A stretch of 58,638 nt of DNA from a virus (IMGVR_UViG_3300042868_006575:1-58638), one strand, 5' to 3'. Numbered from the stretch's first letter, positions 1 through 9,043 are shown. Notes: generated by a model not told the origin, from the sequence alone. Program-made: numbers and translations.

Positions 1-169
1 CGTTTGCTTTGTTTGATCTAGTGAAGTGGCGCGCCGCGTGTGGTTTTCGGGCATTGGGGCATAGGTTACTGGCTGGCTGGTTGTTGCTGCCGGCTGGCTT
101 GATTGGTTGGTAGTATAGTAGTTATTTAATTGTTTGGGGGGGGATTTGTAGCTACAATTTGGTTATTAT

Positions 170-215
170 CGTAACAAATCGTAACTTAGCGTAACAAAAC
201 GTAACAAATCGTAAC
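170..215 (+). repeat. Five CGTAAC hexamers at exact 10-bp period
   Basis: CGTAAC starts at 170, 180, 190, 200 and 210; array ends 2 nt before ATG 218. Confidence 0.95.
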
Positions 216-217
216 AC

Positions 218-496
218 ATGATAAAGAAAAAAGAAAACTGCGAATATTGCGGTGAAAAAATGGAAAGTATAACTGCTAAAAAAAGGTTTTGCTCTGAAAA
301 ATGTAGAGTATATTCATCTAGGATGAAGAGTGTTTTAAAGAATGAGCCGCAAAAGCAAATAATCGGCTCAAATTTGAAAGATGTACGCAAATTGGTACAA
401 ATACCTGCGCAAAGTGAAAAAAAGCCAATTTTGGAGCCTCCTAGTCACTTAACTGGAATAGATTTAGTGATATGGAAAGCTGAAAATCAAAAATAA
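218..496 (+). CDS. Small zinc-finger protein (CxxC...CSxxCR), putative DNA-binding
   Basis: CEYCG...RFCSEKCR motif in 92-aa ORF. Confidence 0.65.
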   Translation: MIKKKENCEYCGEKMESITAKKRFCSEKCRVYSSRMKSVLKNEPQKQIIGSNLKDVRKLVQIPAQSEKKPILEPPSHLTGIDLVIWKAENQK

Positions 497-511
497 TTCG
501 TAAATTAGCGT

Positions 512-667
512 ATGAAAAACAAACTACAGATGATGAAACGCGCGGATGGATCATATTCTCGTAGAGGATTATGGGATAATATTCGCGCCAACAAGGGAAG
601 TGGAAAGAAGCCAACTCCGGAAATGTTGAAACAAGAGAAAAAAATTAAAGCAGAAGAAAAAAAATAG
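512..667 (+). CDS. Small basic protein, 51 aa (not in ORF track)
   Basis: Hand translation MKNKLQMMKRADGSYSRRGLWDNIRANKGSGKKPTPEMLKQEKKIKAEEKK; fills gap, stop 2 nt before next ATG. Confidence 0.75.
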   Translation: MKNKLQMMKRADGSYSRRGLWDNIRANKGSGKKPTPEMLKQEKKIKAEEKK

Positions 668-669
668 TT

Positions 670-954
670 ATGTCAGGAGCTTGGCAAAGAAAAGAAGGTA
701 AAAATCCAGAAGGTGGGTTAAACGCAAAAGGTCGTGCATCTTACAATGCTGAAACTGGTGGTAACTTAAAAGCCCCAGTTAAATCTGGCGTAAATCCCAG
801 AAGGGTTTCTTTTGCTGCTAGATTTAGTGGCATGTTAGGTGCTATGAAAAAGCCTAATGGTGAACCTACTCGCAAGGCATTGGCATTAAAAGCTTGGGGA
901 TTTGGTAGCGTTGAAGCTGCTCGTAAATTTGCAAATGCACATAAGAAGTCATAA
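670..954 (+). CDS. Conserved small basic phage protein (DUF6321-like)
   Basis: AWQRKEGKNPEGGLNAKGRASYN...SFAARF...ALKAWG signature recalled from aquatic phages. Confidence 0.75.
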   Translation: MSGAWQRKEGKNPEGGLNAKGRASYNAETGGNLKAPVKSGVNPRRVSFAARFSGMLGAMKKPNGEPTRKALALKAWGFGSVEAARKFANAHKKS

Positions 955-1037
955 TGGATAAAGATATTTGCGTAATTCATGACATTTTACTAGATGATGG
1001 CGCATGCGTAAAATGTCTTTCTGAAGATAATAAATAA
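954..1037 (+). CDS. 27-aa CxxH/CxxC peptide (not in ORF track)
   Basis: MDKDICVIHDILLDDGACVKCLSEDNK; TAATG overlap with upstream gene; followed by hairpin. Confidence 0.5.
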   Translation: MDKDICVIHDILLDDGACVKCLSEDNK

Positions 1038-1062
1038 GGCGGTTTTTAGGCCGCCTTTGTTA
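1036..1062. terminator. Likely bidirectional intrinsic terminator
   Basis: AAGGCGG-tttttagg-CCGCCTT hairpin between convergent genes. Confidence 0.7.
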
Positions 1063-1063
1063 T

Positions 1064-1609
1064 TTATTTTAACTCTATCTTATTTAGCTCAAAATTTTCT
1101 TCATTTCTATAGGTTACAATTATACTATTGTATTTAAAAATTTCTACAGAATAATTTATCCCATCTCTAGTCCATTCTGAAATGTAATTTGATTTATCGT
1201 TTTTAACAGCTTCCATTTCTTTCCCTTTGTGTTTTTTATCATAAGGAGGCTTAAATGATGCATAATAAATATCTGGGTTTCCGTATTTGTCTGAAAATAC
1301 TTTTACATATTTTTTGTATTCATTTAACAATTCTCCCCAAGTTTTAGAATCCCCAATGTAAGCGCTAAGAACAACTGGCTTGTTGGACTTAACTGTATTC
1401 ACTACATAAATTCTGGTTTCCTTACTATCATATTCTCCAGATAATTTTATTGTATTACCCATGCCATAATCAAAATTAAAACCCTTGCTTTCTAGTTTTT
1501 CTATTAAATTTTGGGTATTTTCTTTTAAAGATATGCCATCAAATATCTGTGACATTCCTGTGTTTACTAATAAAATAATGATTAGTGCGGTTGTGATTAG
1601 TTTTTTCAT
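1064..1609 (-). CDS. Secreted/periplasmic protein with signal peptide, Bacteroidota-like
   Basis: MKK + hydrophobic stretch, likely cleavage TGMS|Q; KYGNP motif. Confidence 0.7.
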   Translation of the reverse strand: MKKLITTALIIILLVNTGMSQIFDGISLKENTQNLIEKLESKGFNFDYGMGNTIKLSGEYDSKETRIYVVNTVKSNKPVVLSAYIGDSKTWGELLNEYKKYVKVFSDKYGNPDIYYASFKPPYDKKHKGKEMEAVKNDKSNYISEWTRDGINYSVEIFKYNSIIVTYRNEENFELNKIELK

Positions 1610-1625
1610 TTTTTTTGTTTTTAGG

Positions 1626-1976
1626 TTATTGTTTTGTTTCGTTAATATCTATTATTTTTACTTCTTCTCCATCCAGCATTGCATCTATAGTTGATTCTAT
1701 CATTTCTCTTTGCTCTGGCATTAGTAGTGAAATTTTCTCTGTTATTGCCGGTATAGCAAATACATCACTTTCTAACTCTTTTTTTAAACCGGATCTAATA
1801 TCATCATCTACGTTTGGATTGGTTAAAAAATCTCTATAAATCCATTTTATTTTATCAATGTAAGTTTTGAATAATGCAGATCCTTTTGATCCGGGATATT
1901 GCCTTCTAAAATCTTCATAATACTCTTCAGCCATCCTCAAGTGCTGAATAGCGCTTATGATATTTGCTCCTTTCAT
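1626..1976 (-). CDS. Hypothetical protein
   Basis: 116-aa ORF, 4-nt overlap with exonuclease gene. Confidence 0.75.
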   Translation of the reverse strand: MKGANIISAIQHLRMAEEYYEDFRRQYPGSKGSALFKTYIDKIKWIYRDFLTNPNVDDDIRSGLKKELESDVFAIPAITEKISLLMPEQREMIESTIDAMLDGEEVKIIDINETKQ

Positions 1977-2731
1977 TTATTAAAGTTTATATGAGTCTTT
2001 TCTAGTTCTGATAAAAATTCCCTTGCTTTTTCTACCTTGTGCTGAATTCTTAATATATCATCTTCGTTTCTATCAACATTAAATATTAATATTCTTTCTG
2101 AAATATCAATATCATCAAATGTCATATTAAATTCAAGCTTCATTGACTCTTTTACATATTCTGGGCTTTCTTCTGAAACAACATTCATCTTATTAAGTAG
2201 GTATCTTTTTTCTTGTTCAATTATACCAAATGGTGTATTTACAAGACAATATGCAATATGTCCACTAGTAGCACCCGTAAGCCACATGTAAGATTGGAGC
2301 TGCCAGTAATATAAGCTATCAAGCTTATCTGGTATATTCCCTAAGAATGTCCATAGATCATAGCTTGATTTAATATCAATAACCTTATTTGGATTGACAG
2401 TAATTATATCCGGATGCCCCGATATGTAATCATTAGTAAATCTATGTTCATTTTTACCATAACCCACAAACCAATAACGATTTAAAAGATCAATTGAATC
2501 ATCTTCCGCTTCAACACCTTTTTTCATTTGTTTCGTTTGTATGTCTTTTACTCTACCATATTTCTCGGCAATATAGACTTCAATCAAATGTTTTTGAGCT
2601 GTTTTAGAAAGCAACCCAGCTTCTTTGTCTGCTTTAGATTGTGGTTCTGTCATCAAATATCCAACTGAGCTGGACCTGATTAGTGTGCTGTTAAAGTTTA
2701 TCATGTTAGAATAGTTTACCTTGTTGTTCAA
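1973..2731 (-). CDS. YqaJ/lambda-type exonuclease (PD-(D/E)xK)
   Basis: MKKGVEAE, SGHPD, DIKSS, YYWQLQSYMWLTG motifs. Confidence 0.85.
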   Translation of the reverse strand: MNNKVNYSNMINFNSTLIRSSSVGYLMTEPQSKADKEAGLLSKTAQKHLIEVYIAEKYGRVKDIQTKQMKKGVEAEDDSIDLLNRYWFVGYGKNEHRFTNDYISGHPDIITVNPNKVIDIKSSYDLWTFLGNIPDKLDSLYYWQLQSYMWLTGATSGHIAYCLVNTPFGIIEQEKRYLLNKMNVVSEESPEYVKESMKLEFNMTFDDIDISERILIFNVDRNEDDILRIQHKVEKAREFLSELEKTHINFNK

Positions 2732-3083
2732 AATATTGTGAATTTAATCCGAAGTTTTTTCTCATTGCATTATATGTTTCAAACCATGCTTTTGCTTGAG
2801 ATTTTGCAACCCTTTCAATTCTTTCACAATATTCAATTGCTTCTTTTCGGTCTTTCATTAACCAATATCCTTTGGCATCAGAAAGAATCATGTACCCTTT
2901 CTTTATTCTTAAATCTCTTATTACCTGTCTAATTTTTCTTAGGCTAGATTCTCTTTTTTCTACTTCATATTCAGGATGGCTTCCAAGCCATTTTTCTGAT
3001 TTTGCAATTTCTTCTTGTGTAATTCTGTAATTAGCACTTGAAATTAAATTTAATATAGCTTTTTCATCATTTGTTAGTTGCAT
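2706..3083 (-). CDS. Putative winged-helix DNA-binding protein
   Basis: ITQEEIA...RKIRQVIRDLR...ILSDAKGYW pattern. Confidence 0.55.
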   Translation of the reverse strand: MQLTNDEKAILNLISSANYRITQEEIAKSEKWLGSHPEYEVEKRESSLRKIRQVIRDLRIKKGYMILSDAKGYWLMKDRKEAIEYCERIERVAKSQAKAWFETYNAMRKNFGLNSQYFEQQGKLF

Positions 3084-3444
3084 TGTTAAAACTTTTTAAT
3101 TTATTATTATAACATTCTAGTAATTCTGTATTATTTTTACTCATTAACTCCCAAGCCTTTAATTCTTCTTTTGTTTTACACATCTCAATAAACTCTTTCG
3201 TTCTTTCTGTTAAAGATTTTGGATTTTGTCTTGGTTCTATAAGTATTGGCTCAATTTCTGCATCAATAACAATAGAGTGCCTATCTAAATTCTTTTTATG
3301 ATACTCTTCAACAAGACCTTTTGCAATATCAAGCGCTTTATCGGCAGACTCTCCATTATGCAAACAAACCTCTACTCCAATTTTTTCAGACGTGTAATTA
3401 CCTAAATTAAATGTTTTTTGATAGTTAACTTTTTCTATGTGCAT
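3067..3444 (-). CDS. Conserved phage protein (NLGNY-S motif), possibly recombination-associated
   Basis: TFNLGNYTSEKIGVE motif; same operon as exonuclease. Confidence 0.6.
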   Translation of the reverse strand: MHIEKVNYQKTFNLGNYTSEKIGVEVCLHNGESADKALDIAKGLVEEYHKKNLDRHSIVIDAEIEPILIEPRQNPKSLTERTKEFIEMCKTKEELKAWELMSKNNTELLECYNNKLKSFNNATNK

Positions 3445-3451
3445 ATAGTTA

Positions 3452-3649
3452 TTATTTAATTCTAGTTACAGTAGTAATATTATTAGCGTATTTAATTTTG
3501 AAAAGCTTTTGTTTATGCTCTTCCTTTTTCTTTAATTGTGAAACCATAACCATTACAGAAGTGTAAGGGTTTTCTAATAGTAAACTTTCTTCTAGTTTTA
3601 AGTCACCCACCTTGCTTGCTACAGATGTTGGACTAATGCTTCTTGCCAT
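3452..3649 (-). CDS. Small hypothetical protein
   Basis: 65-aa ORF downstream of TAATTTTG promoter candidate (3676-3683, minus). Confidence 0.65.
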   Translation of the reverse strand: MARSISPTSVASKVGDLKLEESLLLENPYTSVMVMVSQLKKKEEHKQKLFKIKYANNITTVTRIK

Positions 3650-3725
3650 ATTTTTATGTTTTATTGATTATATGGCAAAATTATATTAATTAATTTAATT
3701 AAAAAAATAAATTTAATTAAATTTT

Positions 3726-3759
3726 AAAAAAAAATACCCCCTATGGAAATAGGAGGTAT
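3726..3759 (-). terminator. Intrinsic terminator downstream of ninG
   Basis: Stem 3734-3744/3749-3759; the one mismatch is a G-U pair only on the minus strand; followed by U run. Confidence 0.75.
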
Positions 3760-3816
3760 CTACTAAACTAAAATTAACCTAAAAAAACACACAGAACATT
3801 GTAAAAATACAAATTT

Positions 3817-4362
3817 CTACTGGTTTTTAAATTTTTTCTTTACCAATTCTAGTTTATATCTATATTCAACAACTAAACATTTTAACTCATCTCTTGTTGG
3901 TTTTGAAACCTGCCTAGCTTGATCTTGTAAAAACTCAACTATACCGGGCTTTTCTGTTTCTAAGTTTTTAGAAAATACTTCTAAATTTCCAGATAAAAAA
4001 CAATTATCATGTTCGCTTTGTGGACGACAATTATCTTCTAGCCATCTTGTTCCAAAATTTTTTCTACTGATAAAATGTCCGCACTGAGCTTCTTGCCATT
4101 TCATCTTTTTACCAGAAGTATAACATGAAACATATCCACTTACATCAGCGTGCTTACATCTTATATATTGGCTAAATACAGCATCTAAGTCATCTGTCAA
4201 ATACTTAATACTTTCTAACTCTTCTTCATCTTCATATTTATCAATTCTTCTTTGCGTAGATTCAATAGTAGCACATTGTTTACACATTTTTTTTGAAAAA
4301 TGGTAATCCAGCCTACCACATGAAACACATACTTTTTTCTTTGTTATAATTGTACTTCTCAT
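3817..4362 (-). CDS. ninG: NinG/Rap-family endonuclease with N-terminal zinc finger
   Basis: LDAVFSQYIR, QCGHFISR, TRWLEDNCRPQ motifs; CxxC pairs. Confidence 0.85.
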   Translation of the reverse strand: MRSTIITKKKVCVSCGRLDYHFSKKMCKQCATIESTQRRIDKYEDEEELESIKYLTDDLDAVFSQYIRCKHADVSGYVSCYTSGKKMKWQEAQCGHFISRKNFGTRWLEDNCRPQSEHDNCFLSGNLEVFSKNLETEKPGIVEFLQDQARQVSKPTRDELKCLVVEYRYKLELVKKKFKNQ

Positions 4363-4364
4363 AA

Positions 4365-4622
4365 TTATGACAGGGCATCTATAATATCAAATTGCTGATC
4401 TAAACTTAATCTTCTTGTAATATCAATACCTTCGCTACCAATAACAAGTTCAACACTGTCTATGTGTATACTAGTTTCATCCTCAGAAAAAGTATGTGTG
4501 CCATGAAACTCTTCTTCTCTTTCTGGATAAAATATTGTCGTTTCAGTATAAGTTACTAATAACTCTCCTTTTAAATCCTCAATCTCGAACATCTTTGTTT
4601 TCGTTTCTTGCTTCTTTTTCAT
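4365..4622 (-). CDS. Hypothetical acidic protein
   Basis: 85-aa ORF, 2 nt from ninG start. Confidence 0.65.
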   Translation of the reverse strand: MKKKQETKTKMFEIEDLKGELLVTYTETTIFYPEREEEFHGTHTFSEDETSIHIDSVELVIGSEGIDITRRLSLDQQFDIIDALS

Positions 4623-4748
4623 TTTCTTTTAATTTATGTAGTTTATTGTTGAAATACCTATATTTTACTGGATCAGAATCACCTCTTTTTACCTCAATAA
4701 TTAAATCCAATCTTTTTGCTAATTCATATATTAGTTCTCTATTTTCCA

Positions 4749-5528
4749 TTATCTATGACAGAAAGCACCGCAGCTAGTTTCTTTTTTTAAAGATTTATAT
4801 AATTTTTCAATATCCGGGAACATTAATTTTTCACTTTCACAATCTACCATTAAATCTCTAAGCCTTTTACCATTACCCATAATTGAATAAAATTTTTTCC
4901 TTTTATCTTGAATCTTTTCTTCAAATTCCAATACCTCCATAAATTCTTTGTTATTCAAATGGTACATAGCTTTGTATTCTTTTTCGCTTTTGAAAAAACA
5001 CATCCTACATCCACCTCTCATCATATATACGGGGAAATTAGGGTGCATACCATGTTTTTTTAATATCTCTTCGCAATCATTTCTATCATACCCATCTATA
5101 ATCAACGGGTAAGTATATTTTACATTTGGCATAGCTTCTAAACTTCCAGTTCTACCTTGTTCATCGTAATTAAATCCAATCATTAATTCACATTCTCCTT
5201 GTTCTTTTAAATATTTATCAATTGGAGCGGCTTTAAAATAATTTGTACAAAATCTCATTTGTTGGCTAGGCATAACCTTACAAGCAACTATCAAATCCTC
5301 TAAACTAGAGTATAATTGACCTTTATACAATTTCCCCCCCCCTATTTTAATTAAATTAAATTCTCCATTATGAAAATATTTTAAATAATCTTCAACTTTA
5401 TTAATCCTTTCATACATTTCACCATGCTCTGCGCCAGTATCACACCAAATAGCAGTAGCGCCTTTACCATAAAGTAAACACATTGTAGTTGATTCAACAC
5501 CACCACTAAAACTTATAAATCTTTTCAT
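4749..5528 (-). CDS. PAPS-reductase (CysH/DndC)-family PP-loop protein
   Basis: SFSGG PP-loop, DTGAEH, RFCT, GCRMCFF motifs. Confidence 0.8.
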   Translation of the reverse strand: MKRFISFSGGVESTTMCLLYGKGATAIWCDTGAEHGEMYERINKVEDYLKYFHNGEFNLIKIGGGKLYKGQLYSSLEDLIVACKVMPSQQMRFCTNYFKAAPIDKYLKEQGECELMIGFNYDEQGRTGSLEAMPNVKYTYPLIIDGYDRNDCEEILKKHGMHPNFPVYMMRGGCRMCFFKSEKEYKAMYHLNNKEFMEVLEFEEKIQDKRKKFYSIMGNGKRLRDLMVDCESEKLMFPDIEKLYKSLKKETSCGAFCHR

Positions 5529-5532
5529 AATG

Positions 5533-5619
5533 CAAATATAATTAAATTAAATAATTCACAAAAATAATTTAAAAAATAATTAAAAATATTTGGGAATTTA
5601 AAAATTAACACTATTTTTG
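5533..5619. promoter_or_regulatory. Divergent Bacteroidota sigma-A type promoters
   Basis: Plus strand TTTG(5589-5592)-N19-TATTTTTG(5612-5619); minus strand TATATTTG at 5533-5540. Confidence 0.7.
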
Positions 5620-5638
5620 CTACTTAACAATAAATTTT

Positions 5639-5836
5639 ATGGAAGAAATAAAAACAATGAAGCTTCATGAGAGAATCAAAGAAGCTATGGATGGTCGTAC
5701 TCAGCGTTGGCTTTCATTAAATGCCAAGATACCAGAATCGGAATTATCGCGAAAAATGCAGGGTAAATTACTGTTTACAGATAGTGAGATTACACGCATA
5801 AATGAAGCTTTGAAAACCGATTTAATAAACGATTAA
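5639..5836 (+). CDS. XRE/Cro-like HTH transcriptional regulator
   Basis: TQRWLSLNAKIPESELSRKMQG HTH pattern; heads divergent operon. Confidence 0.75.
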   Translation: MEEIKTMKLHERIKEAMDGRTQRWLSLNAKIPESELSRKMQGKLLFTDSEITRINEALKTDLIND

Positions 5837-5845
5837 GATTAAGAA

Positions 5846-6547
5846 ATGCCAAAAGACACATTCTACTTCTCACACGACTATAATGCTCGTAATGATGAGA
5901 AGATAAAAAGACTGATTAGAAAACATGGCATGCAAGGGTATGGTGTTTTTTGGTCAATAGTAGAAGATTTATACAATAATGCGAACGCATTGCGAATGGA
6001 TTACGAAGGCATTGCGTACGACTTAAGAACGGATAGCGATTTAGTAGCGAGCGTAGTAAATGATTACGATTTATTTGTTTTTGATGGTGAATATTTTGGA
6101 AGTAATTCTGTTCAAGAAAGATTAGATCAAAGAAATGATAAAAGCGAAAAAGCAAGAAAATCAGCTAGTTACAGATGGGAAAATGCGAACGCATTGCAAC
6201 CGCTATCCGACCGCAATGCTATAAAGGAAAGGAAAGGAAAGGAAATAAAAGGAAAGGAAACTAATATACCACCGATAGAAGAGTTTTTAAGTTTTTGCAA
6301 ACAGGATATGCAAGACAATGGTTTGAGTTATTCCGATTATGAATATTCTTTGAAATCTAAGTATGACTCTTGGGTTCAAAATAAATGGAAAGATGGTCAT
6401 AATAAACAAATAAAGAACTGGAAGAGTAAAATTCGCAATACAATACCGTTTTTAAGCGCAATTAAGCCAAGTTCTAAGCAAAGTAGTAATAATTATCAAA
6501 GCCAAGTTGAAGCGGCTAGAAAAGCCTTTAAACCACTAATAAATTAA
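5846..6547 (+). CDS. Replication initiator (DUF4373/Lin1244-like N-terminus)
   Basis: YFSHDYNARNDEKI...GYGVFWSIVE motif; precedes primase-helicase. Confidence 0.75.
   Translation: MPKDTFYFSHDYNARNDEKIKRLIRKHGMQGYGVFWSIVEDLYNNANALRMDYEGIAYDLRTDSDLVASVVNDYDLFVFDGEYFGSNSVQERLDQRNDKSEKARKSASYRWENANALQPLSDRNAIKERKGKEIKGKETNIPPIEEFLSFCKQDMQDNGLSYSDYEYSLKSKYDSWVQNKWKDGHNKQIKNWKSKIRNTIPFLSAIKPSSKQSSNNYQSQVEAARKAFKPLIN
5978..6260 (+). repeat. Putative origin iterons inside initiator gene
   Basis: AATGCGAACGCATTGC at 5978-5993 and 6182-6197 (contains AATGCG/CGCATT dyad); GGAAA repeats 6223-6260. Confidence 0.5.
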
Positions 6548-6549
6548 TA

Positions 6550-8412
6550 ATGATAACAGCTTTTAAAAACATTTGGGCAAAAGAGCCTAATTATATTTCA
6601 ATTGAATACGCTTTAAAAAGGATTAAAGAGGGTAAATCTAAGGCCCTTGTTGATGAAATTAGAAACACATTAGATAAAGAAAAAGCAGGGGAACTAAAAA
6701 AGAACCTTCCTTGTATTTGTTTTAGTGGAAAGTTTGGTGCAGATAGAAAAGACGATCAAATCATTGAGCATAGCGGTTTTATTGTGCTTGATTTTGATAA
6801 TGTTTACGAGTTAAGGGATAAGCAAACTGAGATTATTTCAAATAAATACGTTTTTGCATGTTGGGTGAGTCCTTCGGGTAATGGGTTAAAAGCCTTAGTA
6901 AAGGTTGCTGATGGATCAAAGCATAGGGAGCATTTTCAAGCTTTGCAGGATGTTTTTCCTGAAATCGACAAAAGTGGTATAAACCCCAGTCGCGTTTGTT
7001 ATGAAAGTTACGATCCTGAAATTTACATAAACGAGGAAGCTGAGGTTTTTAATAAAACAAAAAAGACCGAAAAGATAATAACCTACGAAAGAACGGATGA
7101 TGATCAAAAGATATTTAAGAACATTCTTACATGGTTGTCTAATAAAAATGAAGCTTTTGTAACCGGGGAGAGAAATAATTTTATATTTAAGCTTGCGTCT
7201 GCTTGTTGTCGTTTTGGTATACATGAAATGACCGCAAATGCTATGATAAATAATGAATTTGTATCAAATTCTGAGTTTACAAAAAGTGAAGCAGATAGGG
7301 CTATTAGGTCAGCATATAAAGCAAATGCTTCAAGATTCAGTACAGCATCATTTGATAAAGAGATGTTGGTTGATAAAATTACTAGAAATGAAATTGAAGT
7401 AGAGAAAGCAGTGTTTGACGATGGATTGAAATTGAAGGATGTAATTTATGGTATTGATGTAAAGGAGCAGGCTTTGAGTATTTATGATCAAGGTTATGCA
7501 AAAGTAGATGGTATTGGTGTTCCAGAATTAGACGATAAATTTAAGCCAAAAAGAGGTGAAATTACAGTATTGACAGGTATTGGTAACTATGGTAAGTCGT
7601 CTTTTAAAAAATGGTATCAAGCAATGAGGATAATTTTGTACGGCGAGAAGTTTGCTTCATTTGCTCCAGAGGATAATCCACCAGAAGAATATTATCATGA
7701 TTTTGTTGAAATAATTTTAGGTTGCGATTGTAGTCCTAATAATCCTAATAGGCCCTCAAGACAAACTTATGAATATGTTTATGATTTAGTTTGTAAGCAC
7801 ATGTTTTATGTTTATCCAAAAGACGTTTCTCCTACTCCACAATATGTTATGGAGGTTTTTTTAGAGCTAATAGTTAAGGAGAATGTTGACGGGGTAGATA
7901 TTGATCCGTTTAACCAAATGGCTAACGAGTATAATAAGTTTCAGAGAAGTGATAAGTATTTGGAGTGGGTTTTATCTGTTTTTGCTAGATTTGCACAAAT
8001 CAATAATATTTATTTTTGGATTGTAGCTCATCCGGTTAAGATGCAAAAAGGAGGGGATGGTAATTATCCTTGCCCAGATGTGTTTGACTTAACAGACGGG
8101 GCTATGTGGAACAATAAAATGGATAATATTCTTGTGTATCATAGGCCTTATGCTCAAACAGATCCGCAGAACCCAACATGCGAATTTTACAGTAAAAAGA
8201 TAAGGAGGCAAAAAGTTGTTGGTAAAAAGGGGTTTATTGTATTTGAAATGTTTTTCAAGACTAGAAGATTTTTATTTGAAGGTTCAGACGTATTACAAAG
8301 GGTTTTGAATGAAAATAACATTAACTTTAATGCCGGTAATAAACCCACTCAGCAAGTAATAAGCAATGAATGGATTCCTTATGATAGCGAAAATGATGAA
8401 AATATTTTTTAA
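6550..8412 (+). CDS. Primase-helicase (BT4734/VirE-N primase + PriCT + SF4 helicase)
   Basis: LPCICFSGKF, VLDFD, SPSGNGLK, GERNN, Walker A GIGNYGKS, IDPFN, VAHP. Confidence 0.85.
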   Translation: MITAFKNIWAKEPNYISIEYALKRIKEGKSKALVDEIRNTLDKEKAGELKKNLPCICFSGKFGADRKDDQIIEHSGFIVLDFDNVYELRDKQTEIISNKYVFACWVSPSGNGLKALVKVADGSKHREHFQALQDVFPEIDKSGINPSRVCYESYDPEIYINEEAEVFNKTKKTEKIITYERTDDDQKIFKNILTWLSNKNEAFVTGERNNFIFKLASACCRFGIHEMTANAMINNEFVSNSEFTKSEADRAIRSAYKANASRFSTASFDKEMLVDKITRNEIEVEKAVFDDGLKLKDVIYGIDVKEQALSIYDQGYAKVDGIGVPELDDKFKPKRGEITVLTGIGNYGKSSFKKWYQAMRIILYGEKFASFAPEDNPPEEYYHDFVEIILGCDCSPNNPNRPSRQTYEYVYDLVCKHMFYVYPKDVSPTPQYVMEVFLELIVKENVDGVDIDPFNQMANEYNKFQRSDKYLEWVLSVFARFAQINNIYFWIVAHPVKMQKGGDGNYPCPDVFDLTDGAMWNNKMDNILVYHRPYAQTDPQNPTCEFYSKKIRRQKVVGKKGFIVFEMFFKTRRFLFEGSDVLQRVLNENNINFNAGNKPTQQVISNEWIPYDSENDENIF

Positions 8413-8429
8413 TTATAAAACAAAAACAA

Positions 8430-8816
8430 ATGTTAAAGATTCAGTTAATTGGTAGATTAGGGCAAGACTCTATTGTAAATGATGTTAATGGTAAAAAGGT
8501 TGTGAATTTTTCTGTTGCTCATACAGAGAAGTATAAAAACAATCAAGGTGGAGAAGTAAATAAAACAATATGGGTATCATGTGCATATTGGACAGATAAA
8601 TTAAATATTGCTAACTATTTAAAAAAAGGAACATCAGTTTATGTAGAAGGTAAGCCAGAAGTAAAAACATATACTGATAAAAATACTGGTAATATTTTAC
8701 CTCAATTAAGTATGAGAGTATCAAGTATTCAATTGTTATCAAGTCAAAATTCTAACAATGAAGAAAAGCAAAACAATGTTGATTTGATTGAGCAAACAGA
8801 CGATATGCCATTTTAA
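8430..8816 (+). CDS. ssb: Single-stranded DNA-binding protein
   Basis: LIGRLGQD, YLKKGTSVYVEG, acidic DDMPF tail. Confidence 0.95.
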   Translation: MLKIQLIGRLGQDSIVNDVNGKKVVNFSVAHTEKYKNNQGGEVNKTIWVSCAYWTDKLNIANYLKKGTSVYVEGKPEVKTYTDKNTGNILPQLSMRVSSIQLLSSQNSNNEEKQNNVDLIEQTDDMPF

Positions 8817-8818
8817 TT

Positions 8819-9043
8819 ATGTATATTCATGAACTTAAAAATATAATAGATGTCGAAACCCCACTTGGAAAAGGAAAGGCAATCGCATGGATTGACTACG
8901 GAAGCGAACTCAACACTGTTTGGAAAGTTGTATTATACCACAATGGTATGGTCAGGAACTTTTACGACAATGACATTCTCGTCCACCCAAATCTTATGGG
9001 AGGAGGATATATTGATTTAGATTATTTCAAAAACAAAAAATAA
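8819..9043 (+). CDS. Conserved hypothetical phage protein
   Basis: TPLGKGKAIAWIDYG motif; 2 nt after ssb. Confidence 0.7.
   Translation: MYIHELKNIIDVETPLGKGKAIAWIDYGSELNTVWKVVLYHNGMVRNFYDNDILVHPNLMGGGYIDLDYFKNKK

Noticed and set aside
170-215. CRISPR-like array
   Set aside because: Units are 10 bp with 4-nt variable parts, far too short for spacers; no cas genes.
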